A stretch of DNA of 64,000 bases from positions 1 through 64,000 of the IMG/VR virus record IMGVR_UViG_3300025646_000015. One strand, given 5' to 3'. Every line of letters starts with the position of its first letter. Positions within the stretch are counted from its first letter, which is position 1. The position numbers were made by a program, and so were the translations under genes. Below are positions 8,700-19,101 of the stretch, in pieces. This DNA comes from a virus. Under the pieces are notes generated by a model. It was not told the origin of the DNA and ran no database searches. It saw only the letters and a program-made list of their open reading frames with translations.

Positions 8700-9098
8700 T
8701 TAAAAATCTTTTTTAAATTTAATATTTGAAGATGTATAATTGCATAAAATCTCTTGCCCTTTAGCTATTTCCTTTGTTGCTATCCATTCATTATCCACCA
8801 ATTTGCAATTTGAATATTTAGAATGATTTATATAATCAGAAAAAACCACAAAGTTAGGAGAACGAATGTGCAATGAATCGTCATCTTGGCGAGATGTTTT
8901 TAATTGCTCAACAATATCCGCGTTAGCCCCATGAGATAAAAGATCAAATATTTTGCAAGCATAAACTTTATAATCTAAATCATTTTTATAAATTAATTCT
9001 CCCTCATATATTTTAGTCGTAGCAAATAACCCGACTCCATGAATATTGGAACTACTTAAATGAACTTTATGTTGATTTACAAAATTTATTACATCCAT
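8700..9098 (-). CDS. SET-domain methyltransferase
   Basis: SNIHGVGLFA, YINHS, ATKEIAKGQEILCNY; start 9098 overlaps the stop (TAATG) of a 50-aa basic ORF at 9098..9250. Confidence 0.88.
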   Translation of the reverse strand: MDVINFVNQHKVHLSSSNIHGVGLFATTKIYEGELIYKNDLDYKVYACKIFDLLSHGANADIVEQLKTSRQDDDSLHIRSPNFVVFSDYINHSKYSNCKLVDNEWIATKEIAKGQEILCNYTSSNIKFKKDF

Positions 9099-9269
9099 TA
9101 CCTGCGACCTCTTTCTTGTGCCTGTCTCACTTTTGGACGCACCATGCAACCCTTATTCGTTAAAGACTCGACAAGTGGTTTTTTTCCACCATGTGAGTTT
9201 TGTTTCTTTTTATATACGCCTTTTGCTCCTTCGATTTGTGTCTTTGCCATATTTATTTAATTAGTTTAA

Positions 9270-9482
9270 TTATTTTAATTCGATTTCGGGATGTTTTCCA
9301 TAATATACTGAATTTTTTACCTCTAAAACATTTAATTTATCTTCAAACTCTGCTTTAATAGAATCTGTATCATATACTTTAGTTCCATTATCTAAATAAT
9401 GATATAATTTAATTGTCATTGCATCATTGTCAAGTTCGTCTTGCATAGACTCTTGTAATTTCTGAAAATATGATTCGCTCAT
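9270..9482 (-). CDS. hypothetical protein
   Basis: ORF track. Confidence 0.65.
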   Translation of the reverse strand: MSESYFQKLQESMQDELDNDAMTIKLYHYLDNGTKVYDTDSIKAEFEDKLNVLEVKNSVYYGKHPEIELK

Positions 9483-9709
9483 TTACTTCCCCCATTTATA
9501 TTATCTAATTCGTTTTGTTTCTCCTGTTCTCGCATTGCATTTACAACTATTGTGTCAAGCATATTGCTAATTGGACTTGTATCTTCAACATATATGTCAA
9601 AATATCGACCTGCTAATTGTGCCATTTGTTCTACACATTCATTAAATCTATAATTATATCCACCATTTGAGGGAACTTGAAATGTAATTGGGTCTGTTTG
9701 ATAATTCAT
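9479..9709 (-). CDS. hypothetical protein
   Basis: TTGACG 29 nt upstream. Confidence 0.7.
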   Translation of the reverse strand: MNYQTDPITFQVPSNGGYNYRFNECVEQMAQLAGRYFDIYVEDTSPISNMLDTIVVNAMREQEKQNELDNINGGSK

Positions 9710-9718
9710 AATAACAAA

Positions 9719-10054
9719 TTAGCATACAAGATTCTGCGCGTCAACACCTTTTTTAATTTTTTCCATTACTTGGTCAAGAAAAACATTTGAATAAGTGTCT
9801 CCATTACCCCCTAAGTTCCAACGAGTTACGAGTTCGGGATCGTTTACGTTGGATTTCCAATCGTAAATAGTTACAATGTCGCCCAAATGATTTTGTAGCA
9901 CCCACTCACATAATGTTTTATCTCCTTTACCAAATGTAGGCGATCCAAATAAATTAATTAAATTAAAATAGCTTGTTTCGATTGTGTCTTGGTAACAGGT
10001 TCTATTTGTTTTATTAAATACTTCGTCCGATCTTAATGTTTTCATATTATTCAT
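9719..10054 (-). CDS. conserved phage hypothetical protein
   Basis: FGSP..DKTLCEW..TIYDWK..WNLGG. Confidence 0.75.
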   Translation of the reverse strand: MNNMKTLRSDEVFNKTNRTCYQDTIETSYFNLINLFGSPTFGKGDKTLCEWVLQNHLGDIVTIYDWKSNVNDPELVTRWNLGGNGDTYSNVFLDQVMEKIKKGVDAQNLVC

Positions 10055-10243
10055 TTTATGCTTGGCAATATTCGTTTAAGTAAATTCCTTCACTAATTAA
10101 TTCATCTTCTGTGACTTCGATATATTCTTCTGCTTCGGTGCAATATACCCAATATGTTCCTGTGTAAGAGTCGTATGTCATTTTTTCTTCCATGTCGATT
10201 TTTTCTCCTTTTGTAAACGTGTGATTAATAATATGTTTATACC

Positions 10244-10456
10244 TTAAACATCTTTGTTGAGATTGTCAAGAGAATTGTCAAACCAATCTTCAATTTCTTT
10301 ATATTTTAATTTAACTTTAATTTTAACTGAATTATTTTCTTCTATTGATAAGAATTCTTGATCTATATCTAATTCTCCATATAATAAGTCATTTAATTGA
10401 TGTTTATCTAACTCAATAACTATATTATATGTAACTACATTATATTGTTTATCCAT
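10244..10456 (-). CDS. hypothetical protein
   Basis: ORF track. Confidence 0.6.
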   Translation of the reverse strand: MDKQYNVVTYNIVIELDKHQLNDLLYGELDIDQEFLSIEENNSVKIKVKLKYKEIEDWFDNSLDNLNKDV

Positions 10457-10682
10457 TTAATTTTTCGTATTCATCAATTAAATCTTCTAATTCCCATTCT
10501 GTATAGTCTTTGAGCAATTTAATGTTCTGAAATGCTCCATCTATATAAGTTGCTCCACCCATACCATCGTTACATATTTCTATACCTTTGATATTTGTTT
10601 GACATTGATAACCAACACCTCTATTCGTTTTAAAATACCTTACTCTTGTTACTTTCATAATTCTAAATTTGTTTGTAATCAT
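10449..10682 (-). CDS. hypothetical protein
   Basis: NDGMGGAT motif; TTGACA 29 nt upstream. Confidence 0.7.
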   Translation of the reverse strand: MITNKFRIMKVTRVRYFKTNRGVGYQCQTNIKGIEICNDGMGGATYIDGAFQNIKLLKDYTEWELEDLIDEYEKLNG

Positions 10683-10809
10683 ATTTCAAATATGATTGAG
10701 GAAATTAAAATTGTCAACACCAAAAATACAAAAAGCTCAAGATAGAAATAGCCATAATCAGAATTAATTCGATTAAATTTTTCAACGATCCAAAATAGTT
10801 TCTTGATTT

Positions 10810-11061
10810 TCATGCTATCTCCAATCTATAATATCCATATTCTATTTGCTCTTCTTCAGTCAAAGATTCAAGACCATTGTAATCTTCATAAATTTCACGA
10901 ATATCATCTAAATCTTTACCAATATAAAGAGTAGGACTATAATCTTCTGATTTATTTAAACCATTTGATCGGTCTGCTTCAAGAATATAATCTAACATTT
11001 TTTGTGGTTCGATATTCCATACTTTTTGTACTCTCATTGTATATAATCCCTTTCTACGCAT
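10810..11061 (-). CDS. hypothetical protein
   Basis: ORF track. Confidence 0.6.
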   Translation of the reverse strand: MRRKGLYTMRVQKVWNIEPQKMLDYILEADRSNGLNKSEDYSPTLYIGKDLDDIREIYEDYNGLESLTEEEQIEYGYYRLEIA

Positions 11062-11077
11062 TGTATATTAATTTTTT

Positions 11078-11209
11078 TCATTTATTCCACTCTATATCTT
11101 CATAAGTGATTTCTTCATTAAATACAAAATTATACAAACTAACTAATTCTTCTATTCCACAATCAGCAATGTAATCTTGTAATTTGACTATAATTTGTGT
11201 TTCCTTCAT
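11078..11209 (-). CDS. 43-aa protein (not in track)
   Basis: MKETQIIVKLQDYIADCG..; TTGACA 29 nt upstream. Confidence 0.6.
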   Translation of the reverse strand: MKETQIIVKLQDYIADCGIEELVSLYNFVFNEEITYEDIEWNK

Positions 11210-11320
11210 GTCGTTAAAGTAGGATAATTTGCATGATATGTCAAGCATTTTAATGGTTTTTTCATAAAAAGTTGATGTTTATATAGTTAAACAATAATTT
11301 TGCATCTTTTATCATGCTTT

Positions 11321-11554
11321 TTATTGCAATCTGCCCCCTGCATCTAATACATTGCGAAGACAACTAGATTGACCTGCTCGCGCGGTAACTTTCTTGGCAT
11401 GAGCAAATGCACTAGGATCAGCAAAAGTTTGCATGACCATAGTAGATTTGTCAAGATAAACATTCATGCCCTTGCGAGGAATAGAGTTGGCAACCTTGAT
11501 GCCATGATCTATTGACTTCTGTATATCTGCTAAAAATGCTTCTGCCGTATTCAT
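11321..11554 (-). CDS. hypothetical protein
   Basis: TTGACA 29 nt upstream. Confidence 0.7.
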   Translation of the reverse strand: MNTAEAFLADIQKSIDHGIKVANSIPRKGMNVYLDKSTMVMQTFADPSAFAHAKKVTARAGQSSCLRNVLDAGGRLQ

Positions 11555-11640
11555 AATTATATCTTCGCATATCCCTTTCTACTTGTCAAATAAAATTTTA
11601 AAAAACTTTATTTAATTATGTTAAATTTAAATTAATTAAT

Positions 11641-12042
11641 TTAAATACCATACAACCATTCAATTACATTTCTATCATCATCTTCTTGCTTTTGAATTGC
11701 ATCATACAAGTTTTCCCAATGTTGTTCTTCAAAAAATTTTATAAAACCTTGATGCTCTTTGTTGGAGTAATCAAATGATTTTTCTGCTTCAAACCAATTA
11801 TTTGTATATTCATCCTTTAATTCAAAATACAATGTTATTTTGTATATCTTGAAGTCTTGAAGTATGGCATAGTCGGGCAAGACATGAGTTCCACCTGCTC
11901 CACCTGTGCAATGAGTCCCTGCATAATCAAAAGAATCATTGTCAATGCACCAATTCGCATCTCCCTCGATATTTGCATAATACTCTATGCCATTTTTATT
12001 AAATTCAAATCCGTCTAGCTCAAATAAAACATTTTCTTTCAT
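11641..12042 (-). CDS. hypothetical protein
   Basis: DSFDYAGTHCT motif; TTGACA-17-TAAGGT-6-ATG. Confidence 0.75.
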   Translation of the reverse strand: MKENVLFELDGFEFNKNGIEYYANIEGDANWCIDNDSFDYAGTHCTGGAGGTHVLPDYAILQDFKIYKITLYFELKDEYTNNWFEAEKSFDYSNKEHQGFIKFFEEQHWENLYDAIQKQEDDDRNVIEWLYGI

Positions 12043-12093
12043 AACTTAACCTTACTTTACTTTTTTTCGCTTGTCAAATATTTTTTAAAAAAA

Positions 12094-13197
12094 TTAATCC
12101 CAACTATACCATTGCTTTGTTTTATATGAATAAAAGTATCTTGGGTTTGCCGAACCTAGCTCATAATAATGCCAAGTTGAGGTTTCATGGACATAAACCA
12201 ATGGATAACGCTCATTATCTGTGTAAATCCAACCCTTATTAGGATCATATATCCAACCATTCACAAAAGTAGTAAGAGAATTTTTCTTTTCATTCGCTAA
12301 TTTTAATTCTAATTCTGTAATAATGTTAGACAATTCAACTACTTCATTTTCAAGATCAGAAACTTGATTGTATAAACTATTTGTGGGCAAATCGGGCAAA
12401 TAGAATTCATCAGACGCGCGATGCAACTCGGATTCATTTAAAACTCTATTATAAACTTTAAAAGAATCTAATAATCCGACAAACCCTTCTGAGTCGCCAC
12501 TTTTACCAATAAAGAATTTTGTGTTATCATAATTAAATTTTCCATAATTTTGAAGACTTGAGGTTCTTAAAAGAACACCATTTACATAAAAATTATAATT
12601 AGAATTTTTTAAGTCCAATGTGAGAACAATATTAGTCCATTCAATATTTGGCAAACTTCCTACTGAATTATATATTAATCCAAGTAATGATGAATTCATT
12701 CTAAAGGTATTTTGCTTCAAGAATAAAGTGTACGGATAGGCAAATATACTTGCGTCACCTACTCCTCTACCAAATACAAAATTATTTCTAGGAATGAATT
12801 GTTCTGTCGAAAATGGATTTGGGTCGGGAAATTGCAAGTCCGCTTTTACCCAAAAATCAAAAGAAAAACCATCTTGAAAATCAAAAACATCAACACCATT
12901 AGAGAATGTATCTACCTCGATACAAGTATCACCATCAAGACTTAAAGCAGATTCAATACTATTAAATCTGTCAGATACAAATTTGCCCCCATGCAATGTA
13001 ACGTCTAAATTAGACGCTAAATCATTTAATTTATTAAAATATGTCAAATCAAAAGGTAAATCAAGAACTAAACCTTCTTTTGAATATTCGGGGACAGAAC
13101 CACCAAAGATAACATCTACTTCGGGCGGAGAAACTCTTTCTGCAAAAACTAAACTAGCAATTAAAGCAGAAGACCACAATGTATTTTTAATTTTCAT
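12094..13197 (-). CDS. secreted LamG/concanavalin-like protein with coiled coil and aromatic C-terminal domain
   Basis: Signal peptide; FSFDFWVK, WTNIVLT, FYVNG, FVGLLDSFKVYNRVL; C-terminal GWIYDPNKGWIY..YPLVY. Confidence 0.85.
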   Translation of the reverse strand: MKIKNTLWSSALIASLVFAERVSPPEVDVIFGGSVPEYSKEGLVLDLPFDLTYFNKLNDLASNLDVTLHGGKFVSDRFNSIESALSLDGDTCIEVDTFSNGVDVFDFQDGFSFDFWVKADLQFPDPNPFSTEQFIPRNNFVFGRGVGDASIFAYPYTLFLKQNTFRMNSSLLGLIYNSVGSLPNIEWTNIVLTLDLKNSNYNFYVNGVLLRTSSLQNYGKFNYDNTKFFIGKSGDSEGFVGLLDSFKVYNRVLNESELHRASDEFYLPDLPTNSLYNQVSDLENEVVELSNIITELELKLANEKKNSLTTFVNGWIYDPNKGWIYTDNERYPLVYVHETSTWHYYELGSANPRYFYSYKTKQWYSWD

Positions 13198-13308
13198 AAT
13201 AATAAATTAACTCACTTTCTAACGTTTGTCAAATTTTTTTTCAAATATCTTTGTTTAGCAAATATGCTCCTAGACACATTAATGCAAATATCAAAAAAAG
13301 CCACATTT

Positions 13309-13515
13309 TCAATCCTCCAATTGATAAATTAAATAATCAACCAAGTCAGCAGATTCTTTTAATGCTCTATTGAATTCATTGTGAACAATAAAAAAACTAA
13401 TGCTTTTAAAATAAATATTTATTTCCTCAAATAAACCTTTATCATCATATCTTTTTTTGAGTTCATCAAACAAGGCATTTGCAGTATTTATATTTTCATC
13501 GAAGTTCATTTTCAT
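13309..13515 (-). CDS. hypothetical protein
   Basis: ORF track. Confidence 0.55.
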   Translation of the reverse strand: MKMNFDENINTANALFDELKKRYDDKGLFEEINIYFKSISFFIVHNEFNRALKESADLVDYLIYQLED

Positions 13516-13748
13516 TTCCTTAATATTAATGCGTCATGTATTAATTTCCTTGTTGGTTTATCTAAATATCTACCATTTTCGTCTTTAGGTAAAACAGATA
13601 AAACTTCATCGGGTTCTACATCTAAAATTTTACAAATGCACATAACTTTTCTTAAAATTCCAATGTTTCGATATTTCAATATTGCCCAAATAGCATCAGC
13701 AGTTACATCATCCGATTTCTTAACAATTTCAAATAATTTAGTTTTCAT
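13512..13748 (-). CDS. hypothetical protein
   Basis: ORF track; ATGA-coupled to rIIB. Confidence 0.65.
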   Translation of the reverse strand: MKTKLFEIVKKSDDVTADAIWAILKYRNIGILRKVMCICKILDVEPDEVLSVLPKDENGRYLDKPTRKLIHDALILRK

Positions 13749-14905
13749 ACTTCTACTTCATATAAATAAAGAGGTTTATCTTCATCAACTCTGACAAAAT
13801 AATGAGTCTCTTGATTAACAATACTCATAATATCAGCGCAAGTCAAGTTTTGTTTTCTTGAAGCTGAAATGTCTGCGAGATGTTTTAATGTTACTTTTTG
13901 ACCATTATTCAAACGATTACCGATATAAACATTATATGCTTCGACTAAATCATTTTCTAATGCGTCATCATCATCTTCAAATTCTTTAGCTACAAAGTCA
14001 CGATGTTCGTCTTCAGTCCAATCAGAATCATCATCATCCCATTCACCTTGATCCACCCAATCATTTTCATCTTCTTCGTCTTCATCGAAGTCGACGTCAT
14101 CATCTGATCCATAAATAGGTTTATTAGCCTCATAGACAGGTCTATTTAGCTCTTTGCGAGTATCTGTAATGTCAGACACAACTCTGTACTTTGAGACACG
14201 TAGCTTTTGAAAGTCACAATCAGTTGGAACTGAAACTGCATCAGCAGGATCAAACTCTACAACAAGCAATCTGCCACTTTCTCCTGCCCAATTATTGGCA
14301 TAATCGTATGAGCCAACATGAAGACCGAAAGAGCAATGGTTATCTTTGTTGTCATCTACACAACGACGTGCAACTTCGATAGTCGCGCCAACCTCATTGA
14401 GAATTTGATGACGCTCGTTAGTTTTGCCTTGCACAACAATAGTATCTGCATTGCCTGTGCTACTCCAATAATCACCTTGAACACCTTTGTATCCAAGACA
14501 AAGACCTTCGGGAGTTGTGGGTAAAGATTTATAACCAAGAAATGTGTACAATTCTGCAACACTATTGGCACTTGGATTGGCTTGCAATCTAGTAATGAAA
14601 TTAACGATTGGAGCAGAATCTTTTGCACCTGCACGAAGCATATCAATTAATTTATCTACAACAACACCATGAAGACGATGCCCCTTGTAATAAACAACTT
14701 CATCTTTGACTTCAATATCGCCTTCGACAAAATCTTCAACTGACTTGGCAATGTCAACTAGATCACCTAAACGATCATATTCACCATCAAGAATAGCTTT
14801 CTTGGCATTGTGGAAGTTAGGATGATCCTTACGCAATGTGTAAGGTTTGCCTTCCCAAAAGATAGTGAGTGAATTTTCGCTTTGTATATAAGGAACTTTA
14901 TTCAT
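13745..14905 (-). CDS. rIIB: rIIB-like protein
   Basis: LGYKGV, CSFGLHVGSYDYA, VSVPTDCDFQKLRVSKY; follows rIIA. Confidence 0.88.
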   Translation of the reverse strand: MNKVPYIQSENSLTIFWEGKPYTLRKDHPNFHNAKKAILDGEYDRLGDLVDIAKSVEDFVEGDIEVKDEVVYYKGHRLHGVVVDKLIDMLRAGAKDSAPIVNFITRLQANPSANSVAELYTFLGYKSLPTTPEGLCLGYKGVQGDYWSSTGNADTIVVQGKTNERHQILNEVGATIEVARRCVDDNKDNHCSFGLHVGSYDYANNWAGESGRLLVVEFDPADAVSVPTDCDFQKLRVSKYRVVSDITDTRKELNRPVYEANKPIYGSDDDVDFDEDEEDENDWVDQGEWDDDDSDWTEDEHRDFVAKEFEDDDDALENDLVEAYNVYIGNRLNNGQKVTLKHLADISASRKQNLTCADIMSIVNQETHYFVRVDEDKPLYLYEVEV

Positions 14906-15000
14906 AATTTTTAGCTTTCTAATTTAATGTTATAATAAAAGTATAGATTGATTTTTTTAATAAGTCAAGATTTTTTTTAAAAAATTTTGGAGAGGGGATT

Positions 15001-17313
15001 TTACTCCCCATCTCCTTTATCACACAAATTTATGTAGTCTTCAAATTTAGATTGGATATTGCCATGTCTATAATGATGGTTGACTGCACCATAGTAAGAA
15101 ATGGAATCAGCAATAAAACTTAGAAGAGAATACTTGTTTGTTACTTTCTCAATAGTTTCAAGCATTGATTCTGAATCAACGTCAACATCTAAAGTATCCA
15201 ATAACCATTGGCGATCATGTAGAGCAATATACATAACTGAAGAAGATGCTTTTTGCTTATGATCTGCGGAATTGATGACTGAGCAGATGTCTTTAACTTG
15301 ATGCAAAAGATGATCTTCAGAGAGAAAATTTAAATTCATATTTGGATTAACAAACACATTTTCAATAGGACTAAGAGAACCCATAATCTTCTGATAATCT
15401 GATTTCGATTCTGAGGTTAATACCCTTCTAAATGTAATAGAACAATCTCTTTTGTTCTCTCTAACATATTCCTTGTAATGGTCAAGCATAAAATCAGCAA
15501 AACTAACCCAATTAGATTTATCTAGTTTAGCAACATCTGCTTTGCGAACACCGAAGACAACTAAATTTGCCAACTCTTCGTTATCTACTGACTTTCCAAC
15601 TGCACGAACTTGACTAGATAAACTATATACTTTATCCAAGTCCCATAATTCATTTTTAGGGCAATCAATTTGATAACGAGTGATTGGAACATAGATTAAT
15701 TTTCCATCAACAGAACCTTCCATATCTCCTGCTTCAACAGAATTGATGGGATCATTGACATTTGACCAATAATCTGCATTTTTATGAGCATAACCTTTTT
15801 TCTTGACCATTTTGAATAATGGTATAGATGCTCTGCTCTCTCCACTTACACGATTGTAGACAGGTTTTTCTTTCTCAATTTTCGATGCGTAACGAATATG
15901 TTTTGAATCAATTAAATTGAAATTCCATTCGTTATTCATATAATCAATACCATCTTGATTGGCAGGATTAATGAAAAAGATTTCTTGTAAATCTTCATCT
16001 TCATTGAACAATGTTCTAGCACGAAGATTGTTGCCATGAGAAGAATCTAAATCTTGATATACGAACAAATAATTGTCTTGACAAAATGCTTTGTTTTGCT
16101 TACTAGAAACAACTTTGTAACCATTGCGAGCATCATTGTCTTTAGTTCTGATTGATCTAGTAATGGTAATGTTATCTGATTCGCCATAAGGAACAGAGAA
16201 ATGAGCGTTTTCAATCTTTATGCCATTCCACTCAAAAGCATTTTCAAAGATATTGCGCATTGAATAGCTTAAACTATTTACAATAACTGCATGATTTCTT
16301 TTAGCTTCCCATAAATCTTCAGAGTCAGCAAGTTTTAACTTTGCAATATCAAGAATTTCTTGACTTGCTTCGTATAATGCTCTGCATAATGCTTTTTGGG
16401 TAGATTGATTGTATTCTAATGATTCACGACTATGATGTAACTTTACAGAACCGATTGGCATACGAAGAAAAAACTTACTTTCGCTCAATAATTCTTCAAC
16501 AATTCTTTTAGCTTTGTCATCTTTAATAAAATTATTGACATTTACAGATGAGCGATCAAGACGATAAGAAACTCTGCCCATAATAACATGACAAGCGGAA
16601 CTATAATGGTAACGATCATCTGAATCATTTTCTAAAATAAACCAATCGTCAGTAGCACTTTCCAATGAAAACTTATTCTTTGGTAAGAAATCTTCTTCTA
16701 CGCCAATAAATTTTGGCATTTCATCTTCGGGAAAAAATTGGAAGAAAGTTTTAACAACTGAACGAAATTCCCCAATGTCACTTTCTGAAACTGCAACCTC
16801 GATGGACAAACCTGTTGGTTCGCTAGTTGGTTCTTCATGTAGTTTAGCAATCTTAGTGTCATCATCATCATTTACAAATACATTGTAGGATGTCTTGAGT
16901 CCACCATGATAAGAAACACAAGTAAAATTATCGCCATAAGACAATGGAGCAAACTTACCAATACCGAATGCGCCAATATAATTGTTTGATGTGCGTTTGG
17001 TGGACTTGCCATACTTGGAATAAAGACCGAACACATCTTCTTGGCTAAGTCCACCCCCGAAGTCACGAACTGCAAAAGTCGGATTCATTGTGGTTGGTAA
17101 CTTGATCTCGATTTGTCGAGTAACTCCTGCTTCCTTGTTTGCGTCAAGTGCATTGGCACTAATCTCACGAACTACCGCAAGACGAGTATTAGAATAATTG
17201 TTACGAAGAAGAGATGCTACATAGCGCATATCTTCGGCATCAATAGTGCAGTTGACTTGTTCAAAGTCATGTGATTGAACTACTTGTTCTTTACTTTTTT
17301 GTGTGATAATCAT
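15001..17313 (-). CDS. rIIA: rIIA-like protein (N-terminal GHKL ATPase)
   Basis: VREISANALDA, VRDFGGGLS, YGKSTK, GAFGIG, SRESLEY. Confidence 0.9.
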   Translation of the reverse strand: MIITQKSKEQVVQSHDFEQVNCTIDAEDMRYVASLLRNNYSNTRLAVVREISANALDANKEAGVTRQIEIKLPTTMNPTFAVRDFGGGLSQEDVFGLYSKYGKSTKRTSNNYIGAFGIGKFAPLSYGDNFTCVSYHGGLKTSYNVFVNDDDDTKIAKLHEEPTSEPTGLSIEVAVSESDIGEFRSVVKTFFQFFPEDEMPKFIGVEEDFLPKNKFSLESATDDWFILENDSDDRYHYSSACHVIMGRVSYRLDRSSVNVNNFIKDDKAKRIVEELLSESKFFLRMPIGSVKLHHSRESLEYNQSTQKALCRALYEASQEILDIAKLKLADSEDLWEAKRNHAVIVNSLSYSMRNIFENAFEWNGIKIENAHFSVPYGESDNITITRSIRTKDNDARNGYKVVSSKQNKAFCQDNYLFVYQDLDSSHGNNLRARTLFNEDEDLQEIFFINPANQDGIDYMNNEWNFNLIDSKHIRYASKIEKEKPVYNRVSGESRASIPLFKMVKKKGYAHKNADYWSNVNDPINSVEAGDMEGSVDGKLIYVPITRYQIDCPKNELWDLDKVYSLSSQVRAVGKSVDNEELANLVVFGVRKADVAKLDKSNWVSFADFMLDHYKEYVRENKRDCSITFRRVLTSESKSDYQKIMGSLSPIENVFVNPNMNLNFLSEDHLLHQVKDICSVINSADHKQKASSSVMYIALHDRQWLLDTLDVDVDSESMLETIEKVTNKYSLLSFIADSISYYGAVNHHYRHGNIQSKFEDYINLCDKGDGE

Positions 17314-17385
17314 TTCGCTTTACTTTCTTTTTTGTGTGATAAAATTTAAACTATGAACTTAGTATTGCATATATAAAATGGTATG

Positions 17386-17847
17386 TCAAACTTTTTTTAA
17401 ATTTTTTTTAAATAAAGTGAATTCGCACTTTGGGCAACGATATGTGGTATGTCTTCTTAACCTGTGCATACCATACTCTATCCCGCAATGGCAAGTATCA
17501 TTATACTTATAATAATTCTTTGGTTTAATTAAATCTGTTTTAGAACAACTTTTGGGAATAGCACCAATTTCTTGACAAACTCTTTTCCATAATAATCCAT
17601 GACCCATGCCTAATTTACCATGACGAACATAAGCTAAACCATGAGCAATTTCATGCAATATAGTATCTTTAACATCTTCTATGTCATTTAACTCAACATA
17701 CCACTTGCTTAATTTAATTAATTTATTTTTAAAACTACAAGTACCAAGGGCATTTTTTTTATTTTGCCAACGAAATAACCATTCATCGGGCAAATCATGT
17801 TTTGCCATATATTTATAAACTAAACTTTCCGCTTCCCTTGCATTCAT
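17386..17847 (-). CDS. SprT-like zinc metalloprotease (start revised to 17847)
   Basis: ILHEIAH, GHGLLWK, C-terminal CxC/CPKC; TTGACA 29 nt upstream. Confidence 0.9.
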   Translation of the reverse strand: MNAREAESLVYKYMAKHDLPDEWLFRWQNKKNALGTCSFKNKLIKLSKWYVELNDIEDVKDTILHEIAHGLAYVRHGKLGMGHGLLWKRVCQEIGAIPKSCSKTDLIKPKNYYKYNDTCHCGIEYGMHRLRRHTTYRCPKCEFTLFKKNLKKV

Positions 17848-18268
17848 AAAAACACAATAATGTAACAATTAGGCAATGTCAAACTTTTTTTATTCTCCAC
17901 CAAAAACCACAAATGCTAAAAACAAAAGAAATGCGATACTACCAAGTAAAAAACAGGAAAGCTCAATAAAATCTGTTATATTCATTTTTGATGAGATGGT
18001 TTATTTCTTGAGGTTAGTTCTTGCTCTATGTCAAGGAGAATCTGATCTGCTAGTTGGATTTGATTGTAATTATGTTTGCTAATTTCAACTCCATTATTTA
18101 GTTCATCAAGAATTAATTCTGCTGAACTAATTATTTGATATAATAAATATTCTTCTTGATTTTGATTTATTTTATTATTCATAACTTTTAATTTATATGA
18201 TTTTGCAAACTCTCTATCCGATCTATGATTGGATGCAATTAATAAATCATCTCTGTAATATATTGGCA

Positions 18269-18895
18269 TTATGCTACCATTAAATCATTTTCAAGATGAT
18301 GTTCGATAGATTCTCCATTATTAAATGGAATAACAACTTCGATAATAAAGTTTAAGACTGCATTTGTTATTTGCGCTATTTCTTCTAAATTTTGAGTGGA
18401 CATATAATTTGAATCTCCTTGTCCACCATAAGCGATTCTATACCCCTCACGAACAGGAGCAATATTGCCTGTCTTGACACTATGCCATTGACCATTATTA
18501 GCTTGACTCCATTGTGTTCTTTGATGAAAACTACCAATATAAACAAGAGCATCTATTGGTGAAAATCTATTGCCTACACTATCATTTTGAGCTACATAAT
18601 CTATAAAATCAATATCGGCAGTTGGGAACGGAGTTTTTAAATCTTTTAATTTAACATGAACCGCACGATATTTGTCCCTATCGTAATAAGTATAGGGTTG
18701 ACCATTCCATGTTGTTTTGTGTTTTGATGTCCCGCCTGTGAGTCTCGCCATATCATGGTCACGATCAGCCTTAGTAGAATAACTTAAATAATTTGTACTT
18801 GGCACTAATTGCTTAACTAATCTATTGCTTTTAAACATAATGTCCGTTGGTTGCCAACGATTCCATTCAACCCTACTTCTTTCAAAGAATTTCAT
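18269..18895 (-). CDS. hypothetical protein
   Basis: ORF track; ends ..DLMVA. Confidence 0.75.
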   Translation of the reverse strand: MKFFERSRVEWNRWQPTDIMFKSNRLVKQLVPSTNYLSYSTKADRDHDMARLTGGTSKHKTTWNGQPYTYYDRDKYRAVHVKLKDLKTPFPTADIDFIDYVAQNDSVGNRFSPIDALVYIGSFHQRTQWSQANNGQWHSVKTGNIAPVREGYRIAYGGQGDSNYMSTQNLEEIAQITNAVLNFIIEVVIPFNNGESIEHHLENDLMVA

Positions 18896-18916
18896 AATTT
18901 TTCGCTTTCTATTTTT

Positions 18917-19048
18917 TTATTGTTTATCTAAGTGTTTTCTGACTATTTCACAAGCCTTTAAAATAACTAAATGTTCATCCGTTCTTTCTCCAATGGCAGA
19001 AACCTCTGCTTCATTGACGACTAATTCTAATGCTTCTTCTAATGTCAT
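18917..19048 (-). CDS. 43-aa protein (not in track)
   Basis: MTLEEALELVVNEAEV..; TTGACA 29 nt upstream. Confidence 0.6.
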   Translation of the reverse strand: MTLEEALELVVNEAEVSAIGERTDEHLVILKACEIVRKHLDKQ

Positions 19049-19101
19049 AATAGTACCCTAACAAATTAATTTACGCTTGTCAAACTTTTTTTAAATTTTT
19101 T

